Part shown: piece after piece, positions 9,138-20,600 of the stretch | How the letters are laid out: every line of letters starts with the position of its first letter | Position numbering within the stretch: position 1 is the first letter of the stretch | Source: a virus | IMG/VR virus record: IMGVR_UViG_2974529149_000001 | Coordinates: 2,921-66,920 of that record | DNA length: 64,000 nucleotides | Direction: 5' to 3' (one strand) | The notes under the pieces: generated by a model | Seen by the model: only the letters and a program-made list of their open reading frames with translations | Told to the model about the DNA's origin: nothing | The model's database searches: none | Position numbers and translations under genes: made by a program

Positions 9138-10325
9138 ATGAGCGCAATGAATATGTTGCTCCTGGCTCCCATCTATGGAGCTGAGCGTCGCAACGGTTAC
9201 CTGACCGAAGCTGACATCGTCCGGACCACCATCGACGGCGTTGACCTCAACGCCCTGTGGCAGGACTTCCAGGACTCGGTGAACATCATCAACGAGCACC
9301 TGGGTCGACTCGTGGAGCTGCTGACCTTCCCGGTCACCAACCCCATCGAGACCGTCCCGCAGGTCGGCGCCACCGAGTTCGAGCTGGCTACCGAGTTCGG
9401 TATCCCTCGGTCGCGCAAGGTTGAGGTCGACTACTTCCACCTCGGCTACGACTTCGATGACTACGATGGTCGTATCGCATACACGTGGAAGTTCCTGCGT
9501 GATGCGGACGCCCGTCAGGTCGAGGCCGTCCACCAGAAGAACCTGGAGGCCGATGGTCGCCTGGTCTTCCGCAAGGTCATGGAAGCCATCTTCGACAACC
9601 GGAACCGTGAGGCGGACATTCGTGACCGCCCGTACACGGTCTACCCGTTGTACAACGGTGATGGCACCGTGCCGCCGAGCTACAAGGGCGTCACCTTCGA
9701 CGGCAACCACTCGCACTACTTGGTCTCGGGAGCTGCGGCGATCGACTCCAAGGACGTCGAGGACATGTACGACCACATCGCCGAACATGGCTATGGCATC
9801 GAGAATGGCACCACGTTCATCCTCTTCGTCAACAAGCAGCAGCTGGCAGCGATCCGCACCTGGCGTCGCGGCGTGACCAACGCCAACGGTGCAGTGGCAA
9901 CGTACGACTACATCCCATCGCCCACTCGACCGGCCATGTTCCTGCCCAACGCCGAGGGCCTGCTGGGCTCCCAGCCGCCTGCGGCATGGAACGGTCTGCC
10001 GGTGGACGGATCGTACGGTGACATCCTGATCATCGAAGAGCCGATGATCCCGGCCAACTACCTCTTCATGTTCGGAACTGGCGGAGCAGGCAACCTCCAG
10101 AACGTCGTGGGCATCCGTGAGCACGAGGCCGAAGCCTACCGTGGCCTTCGCCTCATGCCGGGCAACCAGGCTCGGTACCCGCTCGTGGACTCGTACTACG
10201 GTCGGTCGTTCGGTACCGGCGTTCGTCAGCGTGCTGGCGCTGCGGTCATGCAGATCAAGGCCAGCGGCACGTATGACATTCCCAACCAGTACAAGCGTGG
10301 CACCGGCCTGACCGTGGGAGTCTGA
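9138..10325 (+). CDS. Major capsid protein
   Basis: 395 aa, strong codon bias, position; YGRSFGTGVRQRAGAAVMQI C-terminus typical of actinophage capsids. Confidence 0.85.
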   Translation: MSAMNMLLLAPIYGAERRNGYLTEADIVRTTIDGVDLNALWQDFQDSVNIINEHLGRLVELLTFPVTNPIETVPQVGATEFELATEFGIPRSRKVEVDYFHLGYDFDDYDGRIAYTWKFLRDADARQVEAVHQKNLEADGRLVFRKVMEAIFDNRNREADIRDRPYTVYPLYNGDGTVPPSYKGVTFDGNHSHYLVSGAAAIDSKDVEDMYDHIAEHGYGIENGTTFILFVNKQQLAAIRTWRRGVTNANGAVATYDYIPSPTRPAMFLPNAEGLLGSQPPAAWNGLPVDGSYGDILIIEEPMIPANYLFMFGTGGAGNLQNVVGIREHEAEAYRGLRLMPGNQARYPLVDSYYGRSFGTGVRQRAGAAVMQIKASGTYDIPNQYKRGTGLTVGV

Positions 10326-10326
10326 C

Positions 10327-10728
10327 ATGAGTCGATTCATCGATGACAACAAGCCATTCACCGAGGAGGACATTGAGTACCTCCAGACTCGGCCGGATGG
10401 CGAGTACCGGATCAGCCTGAACCAGGCTCGGTTCGGTGACCTCTCGGACGAAGAGAAGTCGGAGGTGGCATCCCAGAAGGATGCTGACGACGAGTTCGAC
10501 GCCCAGGAGGAAGCCCAGATCGAAGAGGCCATCGCCGAGTCGGAGCTGGACTTCGATGACGATGTGATCGCCAAGGTCGAACCGCTCTCCTACAATGAGC
10601 TTCGCCAAGCGGCGAAGAAGCACGACCTGGATGCCAGTGGCACCAAGGAAGAGCTTCAGGATCGCCTGCTGGAGTTCTACCAGGAGCAGAAGGAAGCGTC
10701 GACCACCGTCCCGGTGATCAACGACTGA
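10327..10728 (+). CDS. Acidic protein with C-terminal SAP-like domain
   Basis: LSYNELRQAAKKHDLDASGTKEELQDRLL fits the SAP helix-extension-helix pattern. Confidence 0.7.
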   Translation: MSRFIDDNKPFTEEDIEYLQTRPDGEYRISLNQARFGDLSDEEKSEVASQKDADDEFDAQEEAQIEEAIAESELDFDDDVIAKVEPLSYNELRQAAKKHDLDASGTKEELQDRLLEFYQEQKEASTTVPVIND

Positions 10729-10740
10729 CCTCCGCAAGGG

Positions 10741-10781
10741 CGATGGAGGGGAGGCTGGCAATGCTGGTCTCCCCTTCGTCG
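10741..10781 (+). terminator. Long G.U-rich hairpin after capsid operon
   Basis: CGATGGAGGGGAGGCTGGCA / TGCTGGTCTCCCCTTCGTCG; all five non-Watson-Crick pairs are G.U on the + strand. Confidence 0.65.
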
Positions 10782-10859
10782 TACTTGAATCCGGATGAGG
10801 GGAACTCTCCCCTCCCCTACCCTTCAAAATACGCACCCGGCAGGATGAGGTGGCTCTGA

Positions 10860-11171
10860 ATGGCGCTGATAGACGACGTTAAGGCGGCGCTCCCCGGCGA
10901 TATGCCGAGCTGGACCGACCAGTACATTGAAGAGCAGATCGCAGATGGCAAGACTCTGGCTGGAATGCTAGCTTCGGCTTGGCAGCAGAAGGCAACCAAG
11001 CTCTATGCGCTCGTGGATGTTTCCGAGTCTGGTTCCAGCCGCAACATGTCCGGCGTCTACAAAAACGCTCTTGAGCTGGCTAGGTACTGGAAAGAGATCG
11101 CCGACAAGGAAGAGGATCGGGCCACCGTAGGCCGACCCCGTTCCCGAGTCCACAAGGCAGTCCGAGTATGA
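10860..11171 (+). CDS. Head-to-tail adaptor
   Basis: Size and position; DVSESGSSR motif. Confidence 0.7.
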   Translation: MALIDDVKAALPGDMPSWTDQYIEEQIADGKTLAGMLASAWQQKATKLYALVDVSESGSSRNMSGVYKNALELARYWKEIADKEEDRATVGRPRSRVHKAVRV

Positions 11172-11545
11172 CTGATCTCAACTTGGATCTGCTACGGCAG
11201 CAGACCGTTGACTTCATCAACACTGACCCGACTCCCATCGCGCTCAAGACCACCACCATGTCCCGCTTGCCTGGCGGAGGATACAAGAAGCTTGGTGATA
11301 TTGACCGTGAGCCGCAGATATTCAAGCTGATCTGGCAGGGTGGCAGCGGTTCGGTCACGTCAGATGATGGTGTGGACTCACAGTACGACATGATCTTGCT
11401 GGGGGCGCATGATGCTGAGATGGAGATTGGTGACTACTGGATGCATGACGGCGTCAAGTATGTGATCCAAGAGTTCCTTCCTGGCAGTGGATACCAGCGC
11501 AAGGCCAAAGTCAAGGCGTTTGGAGCGAAGCCAATTGGGGGCTAA
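11168..11545 (+). CDS. Head-to-tail stopper
   Basis: Beta-rich, IGDYWMHDGVKYVI; synteny. Confidence 0.65.
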   Translation: MTDLNLDLLRQQTVDFINTDPTPIALKTTTMSRLPGGGYKKLGDIDREPQIFKLIWQGGSGSVTSDDGVDSQYDMILLGAHDAEMEIGDYWMHDGVKYVIQEFLPGSGYQRKAKVKAFGAKPIGG

Positions 11546-11888
11546 GTTCAAGTACAACGACGGAGAGATTCGTCGTGGGGCCAGAAATCTTGACCGCAAG
11601 TTGGAGAATGCGGTTGAGCTGATCATTGACGCCGGGGCAACCCGAGGCGAAGCCTACATGAAGAACAATGCCCCTTGGACTGACCGAACAGGTGTCGCCA
11701 GGTCTGGTCTTACGACCATGACACACCACGAATCAGATCAGAGCACCGTGGTCTTTGCCCATGCGGTAGACTACGGTATATGGCTTGAGGTCAAGAATGA
11801 CGGAGAGTACGAAGTGATCATGCCGTCGGTGCTGCACACCGGCAAGGAAATCATGGATGACTTCCGAAATCTGTTCGAGAGGCTGTGA
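11535..11888 (+). CDS. HK97 gp10-like neck/tail completion protein
   Basis: APWTDRTGVARSGL and VDYGIWLE motifs; TTG start. Confidence 0.75.
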   Translation: MGAKFKYNDGEIRRGARNLDRKLENAVELIIDAGATRGEAYMKNNAPWTDRTGVARSGLTTMTHHESDQSTVVFAHAVDYGIWLEVKNDGEYEVIMPSVLHTGKEIMDDFRNLFERL

Positions 11889-12316
11889 TGATCGAGGCAC
11901 TGTATGACCTTCTGGTCAACGATGGCGACCTGGCGGACGAGGGATTTGACGATGAGTCCATCTTCCCTAATTTCACCATCCACAATGAAGGCCCGATCAC
12001 GAGTCCTCGTGACAAGATGTTCATCACTGTCAAGTACGGGGAGCAGGCAGTCCGCAGTAACGTGATGCGCCGTGGCCCAGAAGTGATCCAATTCAACGTG
12101 CATCGTCCGGTTGAACTCGGGCCAGATTACAGGGCCATTCGAGACGTTCTGGATATCATCATCGCCATCATGGCTGAGGCTGAGAACTTCACATTCCAGA
12201 AGTATCGAATCACCAATACCCGGTTCATGGGGCTTGGTGCAGACTTGCGCGATCCTGGGTTCAATACCTTTACCAAAGGTGTTGGATTCGAGATTCTTTC
12301 TCATCGCGTAGGGTAA
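11885..12316 (+). CDS. Tail terminator
   Basis: Size and synteny upstream of the major tail protein. Confidence 0.6.
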   Translation: MMIEALYDLLVNDGDLADEGFDDESIFPNFTIHNEGPITSPRDKMFITVKYGEQAVRSNVMRRGPEVIQFNVHRPVELGPDYRAIRDVLDIIIAIMAEAENFTFQKYRITNTRFMGLGADLRDPGFNTFTKGVGFEILSHRVG

Positions 12317-12344
12317 GATAGTCCGTGAACGAGAGGATCAGAAA

Positions 12345-12773
12345 GTGCCCCGAGCGAAGAGCAGCCAGAACCCAGTGGAGACCGACGAGTCCGCTGCCTC
12401 CATCGAGAACACCGAGGGCTTTGACGAGACTCTTCACAACGCCGACAATCTCGACGTTGAGAAGGTCATCAAGGCCAACAAGGGTGAACTCGATGATGGT
12501 GAGCAGGGCGAGGTCGCCACTCGCAAGGTCGAGTTCGTCAAGTACGTTGGAAAGGCTACCCACCGGACCATTGAGTCCGGAACGTGGCCGACTGGAGTCA
12601 AGAATCAGGACCTGACCGCTGAGTGGGGGTTCTTCAATGGCTTCAAGATTCCGGCGGCGTCGTTCACCGACGATCAGCTCCACTACCTGCTGGAGGCAGT
12701 GGACCAGGAAGGCAAGCGCCTTGATCCTGGCTTCGAGCTGGTCGAGGAAGACGTGACGATCTCAGGTGCCTGA
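12345..12773 (+). CDS. Hypothetical acidic protein (tail region)
   Basis: ORF with phage-like codon usage, preceded by a GGGTAAGAT element. Confidence 0.65.
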   Translation: MPRAKSSQNPVETDESAASIENTEGFDETLHNADNLDVEKVIKANKGELDDGEQGEVATRKVEFVKYVGKATHRTIESGTWPTGVKNQDLTAEWGFFNGFKIPAASFTDDQLHYLLEAVDQEGKRLDPGFELVEEDVTISGA

Positions 12774-12954
12774 TCTGAGGTGCGAGAATAAATTGCATGG
12801 GGTGGCCTTGCCCAATGGGCAAATCGAAGTCGCATGCAATTCTCGATACTGTGGTAAAGGCCCCGGTGTAACGGTGTTGCATCGGTTTGATCCAGAGAGT
12901 GGTGCTCTCCTGGAGACGAAACGATTCAAGACCCCAGGAAAGGGAACCCAATGA
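12766..12954 (+). CDS. Small Cys/His (Zn-ribbon, Com-like) protein
   Basis: DLRCENKLHG...IEVACNSRYC; overlaps neighbours on both sides. Confidence 0.55.
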   Translation: MPDLRCENKLHGVALPNGQIEVACNSRYCGKGPGVTVLHRFDPESGALLETKRFKTPGKGTQ

Positions 12955-13808
12955 CCAGTCCCATGCCGGTCGCTCTGCCGTATGGCATCCGTGATTGCAA
13001 GCTCACCCCCTACTCGGATTCGAGTGGAACCGTCCTCGGCAACACCTCCATCGACCTGCCCTACATGCAGACCTTCAGCTTCTCGGAGACTGAGGAGTTC
13101 CAGGAGCTGCGAGGCGATGACAAGGTCATCACCACTCGTGGCCAGGGCGCACAGGTCGAATGGTCGCTGGAGTCGGGTGGCATCTCGCTGAAGGCGTGGG
13201 CCGTCTTCACTGGCGGAACCGTCACCGAGTCGGGCACCACTCCGAACCGCAAGGTCACCCTGCGCAAGCTCGCGACGGCCAACCGTCCGTACTTCCGCAT
13301 CGAGGGCCAGGCCATCTCCGATTCGGGCGGCGACCTCCACGCCATCGTCTACCGTTGCCGTTGCAACGACACCATCGAGGGTGAGTTCGCCGATGGCGAG
13401 TTCTTCGTGACCTCGGTGTCCGGTCTGGGTCTGCCGCTTCTGGACAGCGACTTCGATCTCCTGTACGATTTCGTCCAGAACGAAACCCTCCAGGCGATCT
13501 CGTCCACCCCGGCTGCCAACCCGTTCGGACCGCCCAGCGGTCTGACCAACGGTGCGGTTACCGCCACCAGCGTCGTGCTCAATTGGTCCGAGGTTCCCGG
13601 TGCCAGCGGCTACAAGGTCGAGAAGTCGTCCGATGGTGGCTCCACCTGGTCGAGCGCCGGTACCGATCCCGCGACGGGTTCGACCACCACGCTCACCGCA
13701 TCCACGCTCACCGCAGCGACGACCTACCTGTTCCGCATCTCCACCAAGAAGAACGGAACCACTTCGTCGCCGTCCGCTCCGATCAGCGTGACCACCCCGG
13801 CCAGCTGA
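12951..13808 (+). CDS. Major tail protein with C-terminal fibronectin type III domain
   Basis: LPYGIRDCKL and ELRGDD motifs; FN3 pattern PSGL..TATSVVLNW..GYKVE..LTAATTYLFRI. Confidence 0.85.
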   Translation: MTSPMPVALPYGIRDCKLTPYSDSSGTVLGNTSIDLPYMQTFSFSETEEFQELRGDDKVITTRGQGAQVEWSLESGGISLKAWAVFTGGTVTESGTTPNRKVTLRKLATANRPYFRIEGQAISDSGGDLHAIVYRCRCNDTIEGEFADGEFFVTSVSGLGLPLLDSDFDLLYDFVQNETLQAISSTPAANPFGPPSGLTNGAVTATSVVLNWSEVPGASGYKVEKSSDGGSTWSSAGTDPATGSTTTLTASTLTAATTYLFRISTKKNGTTSSPSAPISVTTPAS

Positions 13809-13851
13809 TCCTGATCAACAGACAACGGTTTAGGAATCCAAGGAGATCCCA

Positions 13852-14337
13852 ATGTCCAACGCCGCCAAGTACGAAGTCACAGCCTGGGGACAGTCTGACG
13901 ACCTGATTGATATCCCCCTCCCCTCGGGACAGCTGTGCCAGGCGCGAACTCTGGAGATGGAAGATATTATCCGTCTCGGCCTGATCAACGATCTCGACAC
14001 CTTCTCGTCTGCATTTGGCGACGACAACGAGGAACGAGATGGTATCGAGTTCCTCAAGTCGGTCACCGACAGCGGTGCCTTTGACAAGCTGAGTCGTACG
14101 CTCAACATCGTCGTGGTAGACCGTGTGGTCCAGCCGAAGGTCTACGCCGTTCCTGACCAGAAGAAGGAGCGGAAGGCCGACCGAATCTACATCGACGAGA
14201 TCAAGTTCACCGACAAGATGGCCATCTTCAGCGTGGTCTTCAAGGGTCTCGGTGATATGGGCGACTTTCGCGAAGAATCGGGAGATGGTGTGGGAGCTGT
14301 GGAATCGAAGCCAATCGTTGAGGGTGCGCCCCTCTGA
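13852..14337 (+). CDS. Tail assembly chaperone (G)
   Basis: Between major tail and tape measure genes; AAGGAG RBS. Confidence 0.8.
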   Translation: MSNAAKYEVTAWGQSDDLIDIPLPSGQLCQARTLEMEDIIRLGLINDLDTFSSAFGDDNEERDGIEFLKSVTDSGAFDKLSRTLNIVVVDRVVQPKVYAVPDQKKERKADRIYIDEIKFTDKMAIFSVVFKGLGDMGDFREESGDGVGAVESKPIVEGAPL

Positions 14338-14662
14338 TCTAGTCGGCTTCACCGACTCCATCAAGCGATTCTACTTTGACCGGGGCGTCTGGCTATTTGG
14401 CACCAAGGTTGAAGCGGCACTTCAGCAAGCTGAGCAACAGGCACGGAAGAACAAAAAGAAAACATCTCAAGCAGCTGTGAACATGGCCCGGCAACAAGTC
14501 TTGGACAAGATGCTTAAGATACCGGCTGAACGACGAGCCAAGAGGTTCAAGGACCCAGCCATCCAGTTTCAAGGTCCCGCAAGCGGGAAGTCCGGTGGAC
14601 AAAAGATAGCCATGTCGGATAATCGCAACGAGATTGAACTGGGGGCGGGATTCCTTGGCTGA
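14267..14662 (+). CDS. Tail assembly chaperone frameshift extension (T part of G-T fusion)
   Basis: Overlapping +1 frame reads FAKNREMVWELW...RPSDLVG...FYFDRGVWLFG and ends at the tape measure start. Confidence 0.65.
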   Translation, partial: FAKNREMVWELWNRSQSLRVRPSDLVGFTDSIKRFYFDRGVWLFGTKVEAALQQAEQQARKNKKKTSQAAVNMARQQVLDKMLKIPAERRAKRFKDPAIQFQGPASGKSGGQKIAMSDNRNEIELGAGFLG

Positions 14663-17600
14663 TTATGATCTTGGTAGGGCGCATGGCGAGATCGTCATTG
14701 ACCATGACGAGCGCGCCAACAAGGCCACCGAGCGCGCCCTACGGGAACTCCGTGATGACATTCGGGCACTTGATCGACAGATCAAGGAGCTCAATGACAC
14801 GATGCGTCGGCAAGCTGCCCATCTTCACGCTTCCAGCCGTGCCGCTGACCATGCCGCTGCATCAACGAACCGGCTGACCGCTGCCCAACGGCGCAATGCC
14901 GTATCCGCCCGGACCATGACGGCGGCGAACGTAACTCTGGGCAGGTCTCTTCGGAGTACTGGCAATCTTGCCACTGGAGCTGTACAGAGCCTGGCGGAGT
15001 TCGGCGCCAGCTACGTGGGAATCAAGAACGTTTCGTTCGCCGCCAAGGACATGGGCGAGAACATGGTCCGCCTTGGTGCTACGCTCAAGCGAGTCAGCTA
15101 CCGTCTGGACCCGTACCTCAGCGCTGTCCAGAACGTCAACATCGGTCTGAAGTGGACCGCCATGCGGTCGGCCCAGGCATCGGCTGCACTTGCCAAGTTT
15201 GGCAATTCAGTTGGCATCGTCAGCCGTAACCTGCGAGACAGCTCAGCTGCATTCCGTGATAGCCAAAAGGCCGCATACGCCCATGCGGAAACCATGTCCA
15301 ACACGTACCGGAACATTCGGGTACTGGGCACGGAGATCCAGAACGAATACGTCAACATCGGTGCCCGGTTCGTCAAGAGCTTGGGACGGATGACCCTGAC
15401 GGTCGGCGGACTCCGCAAGGCTCTGGCTGAGATGCCGCCTGCCATGAAGGCCATTTACAGCGCATCAATGGCAGTGGTTACCGTTGCCAATGCCCTGGAC
15501 AACATTGCCACGAAGGTCAAGACTGTCGGTGCGGCTTTGGGCTCTTTGGCCAGCGCAGGTTTTGCCAAGGCCACGGATGCAGCCAAGGCGATGGTGGCAT
15601 CTACCACTGCCGCCGCAGCTTCTCTTGCCAACGTCACCAAGGGGTTCGTCGCCGCTCGGATCGCCGCTCTGAAGTACGCCGCAGGAGCGGCACAGGCTGC
15701 CGCTGCCAATCTGCTAATCTCAAACACTTCTCGACGTACGCGGCTCATGATGGCCCAGTGGGCAGGGATTCTCACTAACAACGCCAAGGCCGCAACCAAT
15801 TTCGTTCGTAGCACGAGCGGCTTCCAGGCCAGCGCCCGTGGTATTCGCCGAGTGGCCACCGCCTTCACCTTGTTTGGTGGATCAGTCGCAGGGGCCATGA
15901 CCCGAGTCGGCGGACTCAATATTCTCCAAAACCTAACGGTCCCCTTGAAGGGGTTGGCCCGAAACTTCATTGAGACGAACTCTCATGTCCAGGCATTCCG
16001 AAAGCGTCTCACTGACGCTGGAGTGAGCACCGCCCGCTTTGGCCGGACACTCGGCGGCATGGGCGCAGGTGTCACGAAGATGGCCAGCGGCATGCTCACC
16101 GCTGTGAGCGGCGCGGCGATGCTCCGACGGGCGCTCACCGGCTTCAAGCCGCTCATGAACAAGATCGTCTTTGGCCTCCAGGCCATTGTCCTGGCTGCGG
16201 TAGCAGTCGGCGCAGCTGGCGGACTGATCATGGGGCTGGGCAATGCCCTCAAGCAGCTCTCTGGCATTGTTGGCATTCTGCCCGGTGCCATCTCTGCCGC
16301 TGCACTTGCCCTTGGTCCGCTGATCATCGGCTTCATGGGACTTGCCAAAGCGATTGGTGCCGGGACCAAGGAAGGCGAAGAGTTCACCAAGGCAATCGAG
16401 GGCATGTCGCCTGAGATGAAGAAGGTGGCCTTTGCGGTCAAGGACGTCAAGGGTGAGTGGAAAGAGCTCAAGGAGATCACCACTGACACCATCTTCAAGG
16501 ACTTTGATCAGGAAATCCGAGGAATCACCAAGGATGTTCTGCCTTCTCTGAAGGTCGGCCTGAAGCAGGTATCGGGTGGTCTCAATGATTTCATCCAGCA
16601 GATCACCAGCCACCTTCGTGAGCCGGAAACGATCCACAAGCTCAACGCTGCCTTCACCGACACTGCGAACCTGACGACCAACCTTGGCCGAGCATTCGGT
16701 CCGCTGCTTGATGGCATGCGAGAGTTTGGCACCGAGGGTCTGTCCATCCTGGCTCGAATGAGTCGGTCGGCATCCAACATGACTTCGGTGTTCGCGGTAT
16801 GGGCAAAGTCCATGACCGTGAAGGATGCCGAGACCGGAATGAGTCGACTGGACGCTATTGTCCAGCGAAGCATTCGGGGTTGGGGTCAGCTCGGCTCTAT
16901 CGCCAAGGACGCCTTTGGCATCGTGGGGGATTTCTTCCATGCCATCGGTCGGTCCGGAACCAATGCTCTTGATCGTTGGTCCCGTAGCATTGCTGAGGCT
17001 CGCCAGAGTCTCCAAGAGATGTACGCCGATGGCGGAATCAAGACTATGACCGCTGCCTTCACGACGCTTGCTGGACACATGCAGCAGGCTCTGAAGATCA
17101 TCATCGATGGCTTCCGTGACCTCGGCCAGAGCATTGGGCCAGAGCTTGCTGACATCACCCAGGCATTCTCTGTGGGCTTTGTCAATGGCGTCCGCAAGGC
17201 CGTGGAGATCATCGGTAGCTTCATCAAGTTGGTCGCGAATATCCCTGGTGTTGATTCGATCATTGGTATCGCTGCCAGTATGGTGACTCTGTTCAAGGCC
17301 ACCCAGTTGGTCTTTGGCATGTTCTCCAAGCTCGTGGCCGTTCTGGTTGCTCCGATCATGCTGTTCAAGGGTCTCACGAGTTCCATTGTTGGCTACATTG
17401 CAGCAGTCAAGGCAGGAACCACTGGCACCGCCTTCATGGCTCGTGCATTGGACCGCCTGAAGATTTCCGCAGTTGGTGCCCAGATTGCCCTCGGTGCAAT
17501 TGGTGCCGCTCTCGGCGTAGCCTTGGTCGCCTTTGCCAGCTGGGCATACTTCTCTGAGAAGAGTCGCCAGAAGAACGCTGAGGTTGAGGCCAGCATCAAG

Positions 17601-20600
17601 AAGACCACGGAAGGTCTGCATGACTTCCGTGATGCGGTCTACGAAGCCAACGGTGCCATCGACACCAAGGCAATGGATGCACTCGCCGTGTCCATTGAAG
17701 GCATGTACGAGCAGCTCACCCAGAAGGCGAACTCCGACGCCACTGGAATCAAGGAGTTTGCCCGACAGGTTGACAACATCAGCCAGATCGTTACCTTTGG
17801 TATGGCTGGTCGCGATGACCACGAGAAGGAAGCCAACCGAATTGACGATGTGGCTCGGGCTGCTGAGAGGGGCAAGCAGAAGCTCGACTCCTATGGCATG
17901 TCCATGGCTGACATTGGCAAGGTTGCCTCTGGCTCCGAATCTGACTTCCTGGCCTTCCGCCAGGCGTTCGTCAACATGGGCAAGGATGGTGCCGATGTTG
18001 TCCAGCTGCTAGACAATGCTCGGGCCAAGGTCACGGCGGTCACCGACGCCGCGAAGGCCATGGGGCCAGGTGCGCTCAACATTTCCAATGGCCTGCGGAA
18101 GATGGGCGAGGAAGGCGCGTCCACCACCGACAAGCTCGAAGGTCTCAAGCAGGTCTTGCAGGGGCTTGGTCTGATCCAGACGTCTGCCGAACAGCAGATG
18201 TTCGAGTACCAGGAAGAGCTGAAGAAGCTCGGCGATACGAGCCAGTACGTCGTTGACCAGAATGCCAAGCTTGGCAAGGCGATGACCGATGTCAACGGCA
18301 AGCTGGACCCGCGCAACTCGAATGCCCAAGAGCTCAACAAGGTTCTCCAGGGAATCTCTGACAAGTTCCTGGCGAACGCGGCAGCGGGCAACGATGCTGG
18401 TCAGATGTACAAGGACCTCCTGCCCCAGATTCGCAAGGTTGGAGAAGCCTACGGATTCCAGGGCGACGAGATTCTTGAGGTTATCAAGAACTACGGTATT
18501 GTTCCTGCCGAGGTCAGCACCATCATGGCGCTGGTTGGTGCCGATTCGATTGAGCGGGACATTGCTGGTCTGCTCTTGCAGATTGATCAGCTCACTAACA
18601 AGCCCAAGGTCATCAGCATCGAGAGCCAGGCGGCTGTTGATCAGCTGAAGGCGCTCGGAGTCGCGGTCGGCAACTTCAACGCAGAAACCAAGACTGCGGA
18701 GGTCTCGCTCAAGCCGGGCCAGAACGCTGAGCAGGTTGCCGCTGCGCTCACCGCCTGGCTCAGCCAGAACGTCGAGATTGATCCGAAGCTCAAGCCTGGA
18801 TTCCAGCAGAACCTCAAGAAGGAGCTGTCAGGCCAGCCTCCTGTTGAGGTGCCAGTCAAGCCGGGGGTTGCCAAGCAGGAGCGCGTACCGGCGAATGCTG
18901 GAGCAGGCGGCGGCAACAAGGCTCCAGAGGCCCCGGCAGGACGAATCTCGCCTGGCGGAGAGTTCACCCCAGTAGAGCAAAGTGCCAAGGAGGCCGAATC
19001 TGGGGTAAACAACCTCAAGAAGGCCATGGATGGCCTCAAGGACGTTGTTGTCACCGTCAAGGTCTTCGGAACCAACGAGGCCGCAGTTGGCGCTGAGCGA
19101 CTCCGTACCGCATTGGATGCGGTTCGTGAGAAGGTCGTCAATGTCAAGGTCTATGGCACGAACGAGGCTGCTGGACCAGCTGAGCGGTTGCGCACCGCTC
19201 TGGATGCGATCAAGGACGTCACGGCCACGGTCACGATTGAGGGCCTGGACGCGATGAACGAAGCGATGCTTCGTACCATTGAACTCCTGGATGCCATCGG
19301 CAACTCTGCCGAGAAGGCGGCGACCAAGGTATCTGAATCCTTCAGGTCCATGAAGACCGCAGCTGAAGAGTTCAAGGGGCTCGTGGCAGGCATCAACGCT
19401 CAGTTGATCACCCTAGCAAACTCTGGCTTTACCCGTGGCGCAACGCTCGGACAGGGGTTCGCCAATGGTATCCTGAGCAAGGTCGAGGCTGTCAACGAGG
19501 CGGCCAACGCGCTTGCCAAGGCGGCGGCCAAGCCCCTGCCGAGTTCACCAGCTAAGGAAGGCCCATTCTCTGGTCGAGGATGGACCCCGTACCGAGGAAA
19601 GGCTCTGGCCAAGGGGTTCGCTGACGGTATCGCAGCGGGAACCGGAAGTGTCCAGTCCGTTTCGCTTGATCTAGCTCGGGCCGTATCTGCGGCCATTGAC
19701 GAGATTAACGTCGCTTGGAGCGGTGTCGACACCAACTTCGACGCCAACCGGGACATTCCCGGTGCCAAGAAGTACTACCGTGATCCGGAAATCTCAAAGG
19801 CTGATCTGGAGAAGGCCCGACGTGAGCGGGCCGAGGAAGAGGCTCAGCAGGCCAAGGACGACGCCTACCGAGCCTCCAAGAAGGCTGGCGAAGACCTTCC
19901 TGAGCAGGAGTCCAAGGTCAAGGATGCCGAGCAGAAGGTCCGTGACGCTGAGAAGGAACTCAAGGAGGCCAAGGACGCCGAAGATACCAAGCGGGCCAAG
20001 GACCGGCTTGCCGAGGCTCAGGTTGACCTCAAGGAGCAGCGAGACGAGCTGAAGCGAATCAAGGATCAGGCTGCATCCAATCCTGGCGCCGCGGCATCTG
20101 GTGCAGCAGGGGCAGGAACCAAGGGTGGCCTACGGCCCAACCCGAACCGGACCGATTACATCGCGGCGATGACCGACATTGCCAGCCGGTTCAACCTCCA
20201 GATGACTTCGGGCATGCGGGATGAGCCGGGTAGCTACCATAGCACTGGAACCGCTGCTGACTTCTCGAATGGCTCTGGCAATACCGATGAGATGCTGGCA
20301 TTCGCCAACTTCATCAATGACAACTTCAAGCCGTGGACCAAGGAGCTGATCTACGACGACCCGCGTTTCTCGGGCAAGCAAATTGGCGACGGCAAGAACG
20401 TTCCAGACAGCTACTATGCTGGTGCTGGTGACCATACCAACCATGTTCACTGGGCGGTCAGCGAAGCACCGGAATGGACCGGGGCCATCGGTCAGAATGT
20501 CACGAACGCCATCAACGAGGGCGCATCTGATGGTGCTCGAAAGGCTGAGCCTGGAGTGGCCAAGTCGATGGAAGGGGCGATGACCGTCCCGCTCCGTCGT

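Noticed and set aside
10320..10330. Possible capsid readthrough or frameshift into the SAP-domain gene
   Set aside because: No slippery sequence, and the next gene has its own GGAG RBS and ATG
9102..10574. Long minus-strand ORFs (also 15933-17822, 28369-29472, 42126-43145, 58852-59985)
   Set aside because: They are antisense shadows of strongly codon-biased + strand genes, with no recognisable motifs or RBS
14200..14337. Canonical -1 frameshift heptamer in the tail chaperone
   Set aside because: None found, and the downstream coding frame is +1, not -1
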